DNA of 64,000 nucleotides from an uncultured Pirellulales bacterium (GTDB taxonomy: Bacteria > Planctomycetota > Phycisphaerae > Sedimentisphaerales > Anaerobacaceae): the NCBI GenBank assembly GCA_964391985.1, contig CAYMOE010000008.1, positions 19,090 through 83,089 of the forward strand, read 5' to 3'. The notes under the pieces are model-generated. The model saw nothing but the letters and a program-made list of their open reading frames with translations. It made no database searches and was not told the origin of the DNA. Below are positions 15,696-24,751 of the stretch, one piece after another. Position numbers and translations under genes: made by a program. Positions within the stretch are counted from its first letter, which is position 1; every line of letters begins with the position of its first letter.

Positions 15696-16987
15696 CAGCT
15701 ACCTCTCAAAGAAGCAATAAATTTATCTTTAAGTTTATAATTAAGAGAAGTATCAACGTCTACCAAGCCGCTTTTTATTAAGTGTGCGTTAAGAAATGTT
15801 TTGTTCGGCAGATACAAATAGCAAAGGAGATTTTTTTCGCGGTCATGTTTGATGGTGTCAAACTTCATGAATACTTTTTGTCCATGTGTTTTGTCTTTCA
15901 AAAATTCGATTGCAGCATTACGTGTTTCCTGCCTCTCTTTGACCCCTATCAACCGAATCGGCACACCTGCCCCAACAATTAATTGATTAGGTGAGATAAT
16001 ATCTATTACCGGATAATAAGTTTCACGCTCTCCGCTTTTATGATTTATTTTTGAGCCAAACTGTATTTTCCGCGGGTCAATCTTCTTATCAAATTGGATT
16101 ATATCTTTGAAAATATAAGGCAATTTTTTTATTTTTTCAGACCAGTCAATATCATCTTCTCTGTTTATTGCAATCTCAAACCTAAATTTGTCAAAGAAAC
16201 TTTTGTTTTCCAAGCCAAGTTTTTCTTTGATAGCAGATTGGTAACTCGCATTTATTTCATAACCAATAGAATTCCTTCCAAGATTTTTTGCCGCAAGGGC
16301 AGTAGTGCCACTGCCTGCAAATGGGTCTAGTACGGTTTCTCCTACAAAACTGAACATCTTAATGAGTCTTCTGGGGATTTCTTCGGGAAACATTGCCAGA
16401 TGCCCATTTTGTTTTTCGCCCGGGATATTCCAGTGTCCGGAAAAATACTGGTTCCATTCCTCTGTTGTCATCTTAGAATTTTCTTTGATACTCGCGATTA
16501 CATTCGGCCCTGTTCCATGCTTTTTAAAAATAAGGATAAATTCATAGTCAATTTTTATAATTCCGTTGCGCGGATGAGGAAAAGAACCCATTATTGTCGC
16601 ACCGCCGGTCGTATTGCAGGTTGTTACCTTTTGCCAGATAATCGCCCCCATATAATCAAATCCTATTGTTTCGCAGAATTTGATTATTTCAGTTCTGATA
16701 GGAATTACTTTATAACGACCATAATAAACAGAACGAGCAAATTGGTCGCCGATATTTATACATAATCGGCAGCCGTTATGTAAAACTCTGTAACACTCGT
16801 TCCAGACAAGATTAAGATTGTTTATATAATCCTCGTAGCTGTGGTCAAATCCAATTTGACTGCCATTTCCATAATCTTTGAGCTGCCAATAAGGCGGTGA
16901 TGTAACAATTAAGTGTATAGATTTATCCGACACATCGGACATTTCTCGTGAATCACCGATTATTATTTTGTGATGTGTCATAAGCAC
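15695..16987 (-). CDS. Beta-class N4-cytosine/N6-adenine DNA methyltransferase fused to an SNase-like C-terminal domain
   Basis: 430 aa. Motif IV, IVTSPPYW, lies near the N-terminus and motif I, VLDPFAGSGTTALAA, lies after it, which is the beta-class order. The C-terminal 105 aa (IRLIGVKERQ...LLCYLYLPNKTFLNAHLIKSGLVDV) align by eye with staphylococcal nuclease (RLLLVDTPE...GLAYIY..G..vNe.LVrqGLAkV). Confidence 0.85.
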   Translation of the reverse strand: MLMTHHKIIIGDSREMSDVSDKSIHLIVTSPPYWQLKDYGNGSQIGFDHSYEDYINNLNLVWNECYRVLHNGCRLCINIGDQFARSVYYGRYKVIPIRTEIIKFCETIGFDYMGAIIWQKVTTCNTTGGATIMGSFPHPRNGIIKIDYEFILIFKKHGTGPNVIASIKENSKMTTEEWNQYFSGHWNIPGEKQNGHLAMFPEEIPRRLIKMFSFVGETVLDPFAGSGTTALAAKNLGRNSIGYEINASYQSAIKEKLGLENKSFFDKFRFEIAINREDDIDWSEKIKKLPYIFKDIIQFDKKIDPRKIQFGSKINHKSGERETYYPVIDIISPNQLIVGAGVPIRLIGVKERQETRNAAIEFLKDKTHGQKVFMKFDTIKHDREKNLLCYLYLPNKTFLNAHLIKSGLVDVDTSLNYKLKDKFIASLRGS

Positions 16988-17074
16988 AATCTCGTCCTAA
17001 AATTGCATAAGAACATCCATGTCTAAATTCTATTATGCCAGAAAACTGATAAAAAGTCAAACCAAGCTCTCAGA

Positions 17075-17983
17075 TTAACTCATCAGTTTTTTCAGCAGTG
17101 CACGCTGGAAGTGCAAGCGATTTTCGGATTGGTCGAAGATAATAGAGTTCGGCGACTCTACAATTTCGTCGGAAATTTCAAAGCCGCGATATGCCGGCAG
17201 ACAGTGCATAATTTTGGCGGAGGGCGAATTTTTTAAAAGTTCGGTATTTACCTGATAACCGGCGAAATCGTTAATTCGTTTTTGCTTCTCATTTTCTTGG
17301 CCCATACTGACCCAAGTATCGGTATAAATTACATCAGCATTTTTCACAGCTTCAGCAGGGTCATTAGTTTGATTAACGCTGTCTGCAGCAAGGCTGTTGG
17401 CTTTGCTGATAGACTCCGCGTCAAGCTCATATCCTTTCGGTGAAGCAATACTCATTTTCATTCCGAGTTTGCCGCAAACAAAAGCGAGTGAACGAGCAAC
17501 ATTATTTCCATCGCCGACATAAGCAATTTTAACACCTTTGAGTTTACCGAGATGCTCCTGAATAGTCATAACATCAGCCATAGCCTGACAAGGATGAGAC
17601 CAGTCGGTAAGAGCGTTGATAACCGGAATCGTCGCGTATTTGCCCAATTCAACCACTGTATTATGCTCGAAAGTTCGGGCCATAATACCATGTGCATATC
17701 GGCTTAGTACGCGGGCAATGTCTTTTACCGGTTCGCGTTTGCCGATTCCACCGATATCTTCGGGTTTAACGTAAATAGCCGAGCCGCCCAAATCGGTCAT
17801 AGCGACCTGAAAGCTAAGACGAGTCCGCAGCGAAGGTTTCTCAAAGAGCATTACAAGTGTCTTGCCGCAAAGACAGAGGTCTCGTTTGCCTTTTTTATAG
17901 AGTTTTTTTAGTTTGCTGCTAAGCTCGAGATGTTCGGTCAACTGCTGCGGAGTAAAACTATCTATCGAAAGAAAATCTTTCAT
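17075..17983 (-). CDS. argF: Ornithine carbamoyltransferase
   Basis: 302 aa with the motifs SLRTR (carbamoyl-phosphate binding), HPCQ, DTWVSMG (ornithine binding) and HCLPA. Confidence 0.9.
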   Translation of the reverse strand: MKDFLSIDSFTPQQLTEHLELSSKLKKLYKKGKRDLCLCGKTLVMLFEKPSLRTRLSFQVAMTDLGGSAIYVKPEDIGGIGKREPVKDIARVLSRYAHGIMARTFEHNTVVELGKYATIPVINALTDWSHPCQAMADVMTIQEHLGKLKGVKIAYVGDGNNVARSLAFVCGKLGMKMSIASPKGYELDAESISKANSLAADSVNQTNDPAEAVKNADVIYTDTWVSMGQENEKQKRINDFAGYQVNTELLKNSPSAKIMHCLPAYRGFEISDEIVESPNSIIFDQSENRLHFQRALLKKLMS

Positions 17984-19182
17984 TTTGATACTTCCGTTAT
18001 TGCTTGGTCTAAAATACTCACAGCTTTATCGACATGTTCTTCGGTCGCTATCATCGGCGGCATAAATCGCAGAACAGTATCATGAGTACAATTGATACGC
18101 AGCCCTTTTTCAAGACATTTATCTACGATTTGTGCACCCGGTTTTGTTAACTGCACGCCTATCATAAGTCCTATTCCCCGGATGTGGTCGATAATATCAT
18201 ATTTTTCTTTAAGTGTTTGGAGTTTTTGCGATGCATAATCGCCGAGTTTTTTGGCGTGTTCGAGCAGATTATCCTGCTCGATTGTTTCGATAACAGCTAT
18301 GGCCGCCGCACAAGCAAGAGCATTCCCGCCGAAAGTCGAAGCATGTTTACCGGGGACAAGAGCCGCTGCAATTTCCGGCTTGGCCATCATAGCTCCTATA
18401 GCTACTCCGCCGCCGAGCGTTTTTGCCATAGTGATAATATCAGGTACGACATCGCTATGCTGATAGGCAAACCATTTTCCTGTTCGGCCGATACCTGTTT
18501 GTACTTCGTCTAAAATCATAACCGCGCCGTTTTCATCGCAAAGCTCGCGTATAGCCCGAAGATAATCCTGAGTCGCCAGATTTATTCCGCCCTCGCCTTG
18601 AATTGGCTCGACCATTACAGCGGCTACTTCATCTGTAAATGTGTTTTTCAAAGCTTTAATGTCATTGAAAGGAACATAGCTGAAACCCGGCAGCAGCGGC
18701 AGAAATCCTTCGTGATATTTCGGCTGAGCGGTAGCTGTTACCGTGGCGAAAGTCCTGCCGTGAAAACTTCCTTCGGCTGTGATAAAACGGTATTTATGAC
18801 TTGCGGTATAGAGCCTCGCTAATTTCAGAGCGGCTTCGTTGGCTTCAGCTCCGCTGTTGCAGAAAAAGGTTTTTCCGCCAAAAGCGCGTTCGCTTAACAA
18901 CTTTGCCAGAATGCCCTGCGGTTCGGAGTAAAAAGTATTATCTATATGCAGCAGCTCACCGGCCTGTTTGCGGACAGCCTCGACAAGTTTCGGGTGACAG
19001 TGACCTATACCGCTAACCGCCCAGCCGGGAAACATATCGAGAATTTCGTTTCCATCGGCGTCATAGAGATAGCAGCCTTGGCCTTTGACAATTACGCGCG
19101 GCAGCCGTTTGTAATTGGCAATAACATATTTATCAAATAATTCTATCGTTTCATTCGTAGTCATTTTCAAGAACCCCTGCAC
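17980..19182 (-). CDS. argD: Acetylornithine aminotransferase (class III PLP aminotransferase)
   Basis: 400 aa with NSGAEANEAALKLAR, DEVQTGIGRTGK and TFGGN motifs. It lies between argB and argF. Confidence 0.85.
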   Translation of the reverse strand: MQGFLKMTTNETIELFDKYVIANYKRLPRVIVKGQGCYLYDADGNEILDMFPGWAVSGIGHCHPKLVEAVRKQAGELLHIDNTFYSEPQGILAKLLSERAFGGKTFFCNSGAEANEAALKLARLYTASHKYRFITAEGSFHGRTFATVTATAQPKYHEGFLPLLPGFSYVPFNDIKALKNTFTDEVAAVMVEPIQGEGGINLATQDYLRAIRELCDENGAVMILDEVQTGIGRTGKWFAYQHSDVVPDIITMAKTLGGGVAIGAMMAKPEIAAALVPGKHASTFGGNALACAAAIAVIETIEQDNLLEHAKKLGDYASQKLQTLKEKYDIIDHIRGIGLMIGVQLTKPGAQIVDKCLEKGLRINCTHDTVLRFMPPMIATEEHVDKAVSILDQAITEVSK

Positions 19183-19202
19183 TTAAGTGATGAAAAACGA
19201 TT

Positions 19203-20078
19203 TTATCTGGCAATTTGGGTGCCTATTCCCTTAGCGGTGTAAATTTCAAGCAGCAGCGAATGCGGAATTCGGCCGTCGATAATATGTGCCTTCTTCACTC
19301 CGGCATCGATAGCTTTTAGACAGGCATCGACTTTGGGCATCATACCGCTGGTGATAATACCGCTTTCAATCATTCCTTTTATTTTTTCTTCGTCAACTGA
19401 AGATATCGTACTGCTCTGGTCGTTGACATTTGAAAGTATGCCGTGCGTATCGCTGACAACAACTAATTTCTCCGCGGCTGCGGCGGCAGCGACAAAACCT
19501 GCGGCGCTGTCAGCGTTGACGTTAAGCTTGCCGCCTTTTTTGTCAAACGCGACCGAGGCTATCACAGGAATAGTTCCTGTAGAACATAAAATTTTCAAAA
19601 GTTCAGCGTTTACATCGTTTATCTGTCCGACAAAACCGAGGTCGATTTTTCTGCCGTTTTCACCGTTAAGACGAAGCGGCTCGGCAAATAAAACGCAGCT
19701 GCTCAAAGAATGCAGTCCCATCGCGGTACAGCCGAGGTCAGTAAGCTGCTGACAAATCGGGGTGTTGACCTCGCGGACAAGAGTATGTTCAACAATGGTA
19801 AGAGTCCGTTCGTCGGTGTAGCGGCGGCCCTGCACCCAGACCGGTTCGAGTCCGGCCTTGTTCATAGCCTTATTAATGGCTTTTCCGCCGCCGTGAACGA
19901 TAATCGGCCAAATTCCGACAGTATGCATAAAGGCAACATCGGTCAGAAGCTCTTTTCGCAGGATTTCATCGTCCAACACGCTTCCGCCGAGCTTAACAAC
20001 GACAATCCGGCCGCGAAACTTGCGGATATACTGCATTGCTTCAATCAAACATGCTGCTTTTGCTATAGCCTGTTCCAC
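19203..20078 (-). CDS. argB: Acetylglutamate kinase
   Basis: 291 aa with VVKLGGS, HGGG and NVNAD motifs of the amino-acid kinase family. Confidence 0.9.
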   Translation of the reverse strand: MEQAIAKAACLIEAMQYIRKFRGRIVVVKLGGSVLDDEILRKELLTDVAFMHTVGIWPIIVHGGGKAINKAMNKAGLEPVWVQGRRYTDERTLTIVEHTLVREVNTPICQQLTDLGCTAMGLHSLSSCVLFAEPLRLNGENGRKIDLGFVGQINDVNAELLKILCSTGTIPVIASVAFDKKGGKLNVNADSAAGFVAAAAAAEKLVVVSDTHGILSNVNDQSSTISSVDEEKIKGMIESGIITSGMMPKVDACLKAIDAGVKKAHIIDGRIPHSLLLEIYTAKGIGTQIAR

Positions 20079-20196
20079 TGTTAAAATCCTAAAATCATTG
20101 TCTAATAAAACGAGCGAGTCTATTATTGCGATGGGGCTTAGTCAAGCAAATTCACCTCTGTAATTTCGGCTCGCGGCGGACACCGAAATACACCGG

Positions 20197-21210
20197 TTAT
20201 CCTTTATATCTGGCAAGGGCAAGCTGAATTATACGGTCTATAAATTTTTCGTAAGTCAGGCCCGCTTGATGTGCAGATTCCGCGATTTCTTCACCGTATG
20301 CAATATCGGGATTTGCGTTGGCTTCGATTATAAAAACCTCGTTATTTTCCGTCAGCCTCATGTCAATTCGACCATAATCCTGAATCTGCAGAATGCGATA
20401 AGTTTTCTTGCATGCGTTTTCGACCTTTTTCCTTATCGATGCTTCCAAATCGGCAAAGCCGAATTCGATGTTCCATTTCTCCCTGTATTTCTTATTATAT
20501 TTAACCCTATAGGTGGCCATATAGGGCCCTTTGCCTTCGACTGCATGATTAAAGAAACACTCGCGAACCGGCAAAACTTTTAACCTGCTGTTACCCATGA
20601 TTCCGACATAAAGCTCTCTTCCGTCTATGAACTGTTCTGCAATAACCGGCTGATTCCATCTTGACATGACAAACTCGACACGCTCTTTAAGCTCATCTTC
20701 GTTTTTTACAAGCGAATCGTTGGAAATACCTTCCGAGCTGTCTTCCAAATTAGGTTTGACAACAAGAGGAAAAGGAAGTTTTTTTGAAATTCGTATCGGT
20801 TTGCCCGGAGAAAACTCGGCAAACGCCGGAGTATGAACCCTGTGAGAGCTTAACAGGCGTTTGCAAAGCTGTTTGTCCCGTGTAAGAAAAAGACCGTTAA
20901 CTCCTGTTCCGGTAAAAGGGATTTTCATAACATCCAGCAAAGCTGCGATACTTTTATCCTGCCAACGTTCGCCTCCGATATGCTCGGTAAGATTAAAAAC
21001 AAGCTGCGGTCTGTTCTCGGTCAGAATATTGACTAAACTTTTTATATCTTCGCCGGCCGGAACTACCGACACGTTATATCTAAGCTGCCGCAGCGTTCTG
21101 ATAACATGATACTCTGTGACAGTTGTTTCGTCTGTTTTGATGAAATCAGGGTCATCAGCAGGAATTTCAGCTTCATCAACAAGCACGGTTATTTTTAACT
21201 TCCTTGTCAT
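20197..21210 (-). CDS. ATP-grasp ligase of the D-Ala-D-Ala ligase-like family (substrate unknown)
   Basis: 337 aa. It shows a pre-ATP-grasp N-domain, PLVVKPNLEDSSEGI, and RIDMRL...FIIEANANP, which is the Mg/ATP-binding E-x-N end of ATP-grasp enzymes. Confidence 0.75.
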   Translation of the reverse strand: MTRKLKITVLVDEAEIPADDPDFIKTDETTVTEYHVIRTLRQLRYNVSVVPAGEDIKSLVNILTENRPQLVFNLTEHIGGERWQDKSIAALLDVMKIPFTGTGVNGLFLTRDKQLCKRLLSSHRVHTPAFAEFSPGKPIRISKKLPFPLVVKPNLEDSSEGISNDSLVKNEDELKERVEFVMSRWNQPVIAEQFIDGRELYVGIMGNSRLKVLPVRECFFNHAVEGKGPYMATYRVKYNKKYREKWNIEFGFADLEASIRKKVENACKKTYRILQIQDYGRIDMRLTENNEVFIIEANANPDIAYGEEIAESAHQAGLTYEKFIDRIIQLALARYKG

Positions 21211-21212
21211 AA

Positions 21213-22220
21213 TCAGTCATACCTCTGAACGTATTTAAATGTATTGTCCGCGATAGTAGTAATCAAAGCCGCCGCTCCAATAATATCGTCATCTTTTGCC
21301 AAAAGCTCAAGTGCATCGCATCGCATAATCAGCTTATCAAGCAGTTGTGAAATATCATATTTTCGATGCTCTGTCCATTTTGAGACGTTATCAACAAGTT
21401 TTTTTCGGTGACGGCGGAGCAATTTCGAGGCTTTTTTCACGTCGGGTGCGGGCTTGGCTGTAAAAAGTGTTTTTAATTTATCATCATAGAATGCCTGAAA
21501 CTCATTTCCGAGAGATTCACGTCTTCGCTTGTAATAAGCAGCCAGAGTCGAAGTCATTTTCGAGGCGGACCACGGAGGGTTGTTCGGCGGAGCGATGTGC
21601 GGAGGAATGTCGGCGATTTTTTTCATCAGATTATCAACGTACTGCAATTTCTTTATTGCGAGCCAATCTTTGTATTCTTCCTGCCAATTACTGTTAGGAG
21701 TCAGCCAGACAGCAAAAGTTTCCGAAAAATCCTCGTCAGGATGAGCTTGCGCATAATTGCTTTCGAGATGCACCACGAACCGCCGCGAATAAGGCAGATA
21801 ATGATAAGTATCGGAATACCGCGTACTCATTGGACCGAACAATTGCCGCCATTGAGTTTTTTTGAAAAATTCGTAGGCGTAGTTTATGGCGTGGCCGGTC
21901 TCGTGCCGCAAAAGCTTCATGCAGGTCTGTTCAGTCCCTCCTTCTACCTCAAGCATCATCTGCTGCTCTATGTGCTTTAACCGCGGGTGAGCAAGGCAAA
22001 AAGGTATCCCGATTATCGGCTCTCTGTCAGGACAAAGCCATTCATCAGCCAGATAACAGGGCGGGCGAAACGCAATACCCTTGGCGTTTAATTCTTCATA
22101 AAGCTGATTTATTCGAGCTTCAAGCTCGGAACCTGCGATTTGCAGCCCCAAGTCCCGAACCCGCATCTGCAAAAGCTGCTCATCAGTAGTATTGTCCCAA
22201 TTTATCGCTATTTTGGCCAT
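21213..22220 (-). CDS. Putative zinc metallopeptidase (HExxH)
   Basis: 335 aa with LRHETGHAINY (an HExxH zincin motif). It ends 3 nt upstream of the ATP-grasp gene. Confidence 0.6.
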   Translation of the reverse strand: MAKIAINWDNTTDEQLLQMRVRDLGLQIAGSELEARINQLYEELNAKGIAFRPPCYLADEWLCPDREPIIGIPFCLAHPRLKHIEQQMMLEVEGGTEQTCMKLLRHETGHAINYAYEFFKKTQWRQLFGPMSTRYSDTYHYLPYSRRFVVHLESNYAQAHPDEDFSETFAVWLTPNSNWQEEYKDWLAIKKLQYVDNLMKKIADIPPHIAPPNNPPWSASKMTSTLAAYYKRRRESLGNEFQAFYDDKLKTLFTAKPAPDVKKASKLLRRHRKKLVDNVSKWTEHRKYDISQLLDKLIMRCDALELLAKDDDIIGAAALITTIADNTFKYVQRYD

Positions 22221-22283
22221 AATCCGTCCCCGAGATTTCAGATTAGGATTATACAGGCAAAAACAGGGTTTTTCAATGCTTTA

Positions 22284-22766
22284 GCGTAGAGCGGATAGCG
22301 GTTAGTAGATAGATGCTTGAAGTTGTCGTATGACGGTTCAGGGTTACGAAGCCCGTCAGTTTAAATACGAATATCTAAATACCAAATCCGATGCTTAAAA
22401 TGCCTCTAACAAAAAGAGCTTTTTTCGCGGCACGGCCTTCAAGGCCGTGATTTACAGGTTTCACGGGCAAGATGCCCGTGCCACTGTTTATTTTGTTTAG
22501 AGGCTCTAAATGCTTAAAATCCATTGTTTTGGTAATTTGAATTTAGGTTATTAGATATGGTTTAGATATTAGTACTTCGGATTTCGAGTTTTCAAATCGG
22601 GCCTCGTAACCGATGAACTGAAGACGATACTGGATGCTCGACTTGTCATCCTGAGGCGAAGCCGAAGGATCTATATTGTTAAAACACATAGATGCTTCGC
22701 TGTGCTCAGCATGACAAAATTGCAGCGAAAAGAAAACCTAAACGCTATACGCTACCCGCTGTACGC
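22284..22766. repeat. Composite palindromic (REP/BIME-like) repeat cluster in a divergent intergenic region
   Basis: The outer arms are GCGTAGAGCGGATAGCG (22284-) and the reverse complement of CGCTACCCGCTGTACGC (-22766). Inner hairpins are CACGGCC-TTCAA-GGCCGTG (22431-22449) and CACGGGCA-AGA-TGCCCGTG (22462-22480). A roughly 30-bp imperfect hairpin pairs TTGTCATCCTGAGGCGAAGCCGAAGGATCTAT (22643-) with ATAGATGCTTCGCTGTGCTCAGCATGACAA (-22717). ATGCTTAAAAT occurs as a direct repeat at 22391 and 22510. Confidence 0.6.
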
Positions 22767-22795
22767 AAATACTGATTTTTGTGTATAATGTCTCA

Positions 22796-24736
22796 ATGGC
22801 GATAGCAGCATTAGAAGATATACATATAACTTTCGGGGCGGATACGATATTCGATAAGCTCACGCTAAAAGTTCATCCGAACGAATTAGCCGGTCTTGTC
22901 GGGCCAAACGGCTGCGGCAAAACCACACTGCTAAAATTAATACTTGGCGAATTGAAACCTGACATCGGTAAAATTCACACTAAAAAGAATCTGTCCATCG
23001 GCTATCTTCCGCAGGAACCGCAATTTTCAGATGATAAAACCGTTCTCCAAGAGCTTCACAGCACCGCACAGGATATTCTCAAAAAACAAAACAGGCTTCA
23101 CGAATCAGCGGAGAGCCTAAGCGGTCTTTCCGGCGATAAATTAAAAGAGGCCATGAAACAATACGATAGATTGTCGGCCGAATTCGAATCTTGCGGCGGA
23201 TATAAATATGAAAACAAAATCAAGGAAATCGCCGCCGGACTGGGACTCGACGAGAATTTCTATAACGTAAAAACCTCACAGCTTAGCGGCGGACAGAAAT
23301 CACGGCTGGGCTTGGCCAAGGTGCTGCTGTCGGATGCGGAACTTCTTCTTTTAGACGAACCGACAAATCATTTGGATTTCGAGGCGACAATCTGGCTTGA
23401 AAATTATCTGAGGGACTTCAACGGCTCGGCTTTAATCGTCAGTCATGACAGGTTTTTATTAGACCGTCTTGTAACAAAAATTATCGAAATCAAGAACCGT
23501 GACGCGACTATTTTTCCGGGCAATTACAGCAACTACCGCGAGGAAAAAGAAAAACGCGACCTCGAACTCGAAAGGCAATATCAGGCAAGATTGGAATTCG
23601 TCGAAAGGACTCGAGATTTCATCGCCCGCAATAAAGACCAAGAAGGAATGCGCAAAACCGCAAGGGGCAGGAAAACAAGGCTTAACCGCTTATTGCATGA
23701 GAATCCGGATTTCTTGGAAAAACCGACTTATGAAAAAAATCTGCGATTCGAGTTCGCTGCCGTCGAACAAAAAAGCAGGCGGGAGCAGGCTGTCTTAACG
23801 TGCGAAAACCTGACAAAAAAATATGGACAGCTTTGCCTTTTTGACAATTTCAATCTCGAAGTTCTAAGCGGCCATCGGCTCGGTATCATCGGCCCGAACG
23901 GAACGGGAAAAACAACACTGCTGAAAATGGCCATGCGGATGGAAACCTCCGGCAGCGGAAAAATCTCGCTGAAATCGAATCTCTCGGTCGGCTATTTAGA
24001 CCAAGAAGGAATTCGTCTAAATGATGAAAACACGGTCTTAGAGGAGGCCGCTGAAATAAAACCTGATTTACTTCCGCAGCAGCTCCGCGGCAAGCTCGGC
24101 GCGTTTTTATTTTCAGGAGATGACGTTTTCAAAAAAGTCTCACAACTTAGCGGCGGCGAGCGAAATCGGCTGGCGATATTCAAACTCGTACTGTCCGAGC
24201 CGCAGGTTCTGATACTCGACGAACCGACAAATCATCTCGATATACCCAGCATCGAGACGCTCGAAAACGCACTGCAAAACTACAGCGGAACGGTAATTAT
24301 GGTCAGCCACGACAGATATTTTTTAGACCGGACTGTCGATGAATTATTGGTTCTCGGCGTTGACGAATTAGGCCGAAAAAAATTCGGCGGCAGTGAAATG
24401 ATAAACGGCTCGGTCAGTCAATACCTCGAGCTTATAGAACAAAGACGCTCCGCACAAAAACCCGCGGAGAAAATTAAAACAAAAACTCCCCAGCCGAAAA
24501 CACCTCAAAAAACCACTCCGAAAGAACTGCTGCAATTCGCTATGTGGTCTTTTGAAAAATTAGAGCAGGCTGTCGAAGAAACCGAAAAACAGATTACAGC
24601 TATAACAGAACAATTCGGAAACACCTATATTTATAAAAATCCGAACGAGCTTTCCGGTCTGCAATACAAGCTCGATGAAAAAAAACAGTATCTCGAACTT
24701 CTCTACCGCGCCTACGAGAGAAAACTCAACGCCTAA
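22796..24736 (+). CDS. ABC-F family ATPase (Uup/EttA-like translation factor; no membrane domain)
   Basis: Two ABC cassettes are present (GPNGCGKTT / LSGGQKSRL / LLLLDEPTNHLD and GPNGTGKTT / LSGGERNRL / VLILDEPTNHLD), joined by a charged linker and followed by a C-terminal coiled coil. The ORF track starts at the GTG at 22781; the ATG at 22796 is the first Met. Confidence 0.85.
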   Translation: MAIAALEDIHITFGADTIFDKLTLKVHPNELAGLVGPNGCGKTTLLKLILGELKPDIGKIHTKKNLSIGYLPQEPQFSDDKTVLQELHSTAQDILKKQNRLHESAESLSGLSGDKLKEAMKQYDRLSAEFESCGGYKYENKIKEIAAGLGLDENFYNVKTSQLSGGQKSRLGLAKVLLSDAELLLLDEPTNHLDFEATIWLENYLRDFNGSALIVSHDRFLLDRLVTKIIEIKNRDATIFPGNYSNYREEKEKRDLELERQYQARLEFVERTRDFIARNKDQEGMRKTARGRKTRLNRLLHENPDFLEKPTYEKNLRFEFAAVEQKSRREQAVLTCENLTKKYGQLCLFDNFNLEVLSGHRLGIIGPNGTGKTTLLKMAMRMETSGSGKISLKSNLSVGYLDQEGIRLNDENTVLEEAAEIKPDLLPQQLRGKLGAFLFSGDDVFKKVSQLSGGERNRLAIFKLVLSEPQVLILDEPTNHLDIPSIETLENALQNYSGTVIMVSHDRYFLDRTVDELLVLGVDELGRKKFGGSEMINGSVSQYLELIEQRRSAQKPAEKIKTKTPQPKTPQKTTPKELLQFAMWSFEKLEQAVEETEKQITAITEQFGNTYIYKNPNELSGLQYKLDEKKQYLELLYRAYERKLNA

Positions 24737-24751
24737 ACAGAAGTTTTGAAT

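Noticed and set aside
22781-22798. A TATAAT at 22784-22789, only 6 nt upstream of the ATG at 22796, hinting at a leaderless ABC-F mRNA.
   Set aside because: There is no convincing -35 element at a 17-nt spacing (GTACGC), and the GTG at 22781 remains a possible start. The evidence is too weak to call.
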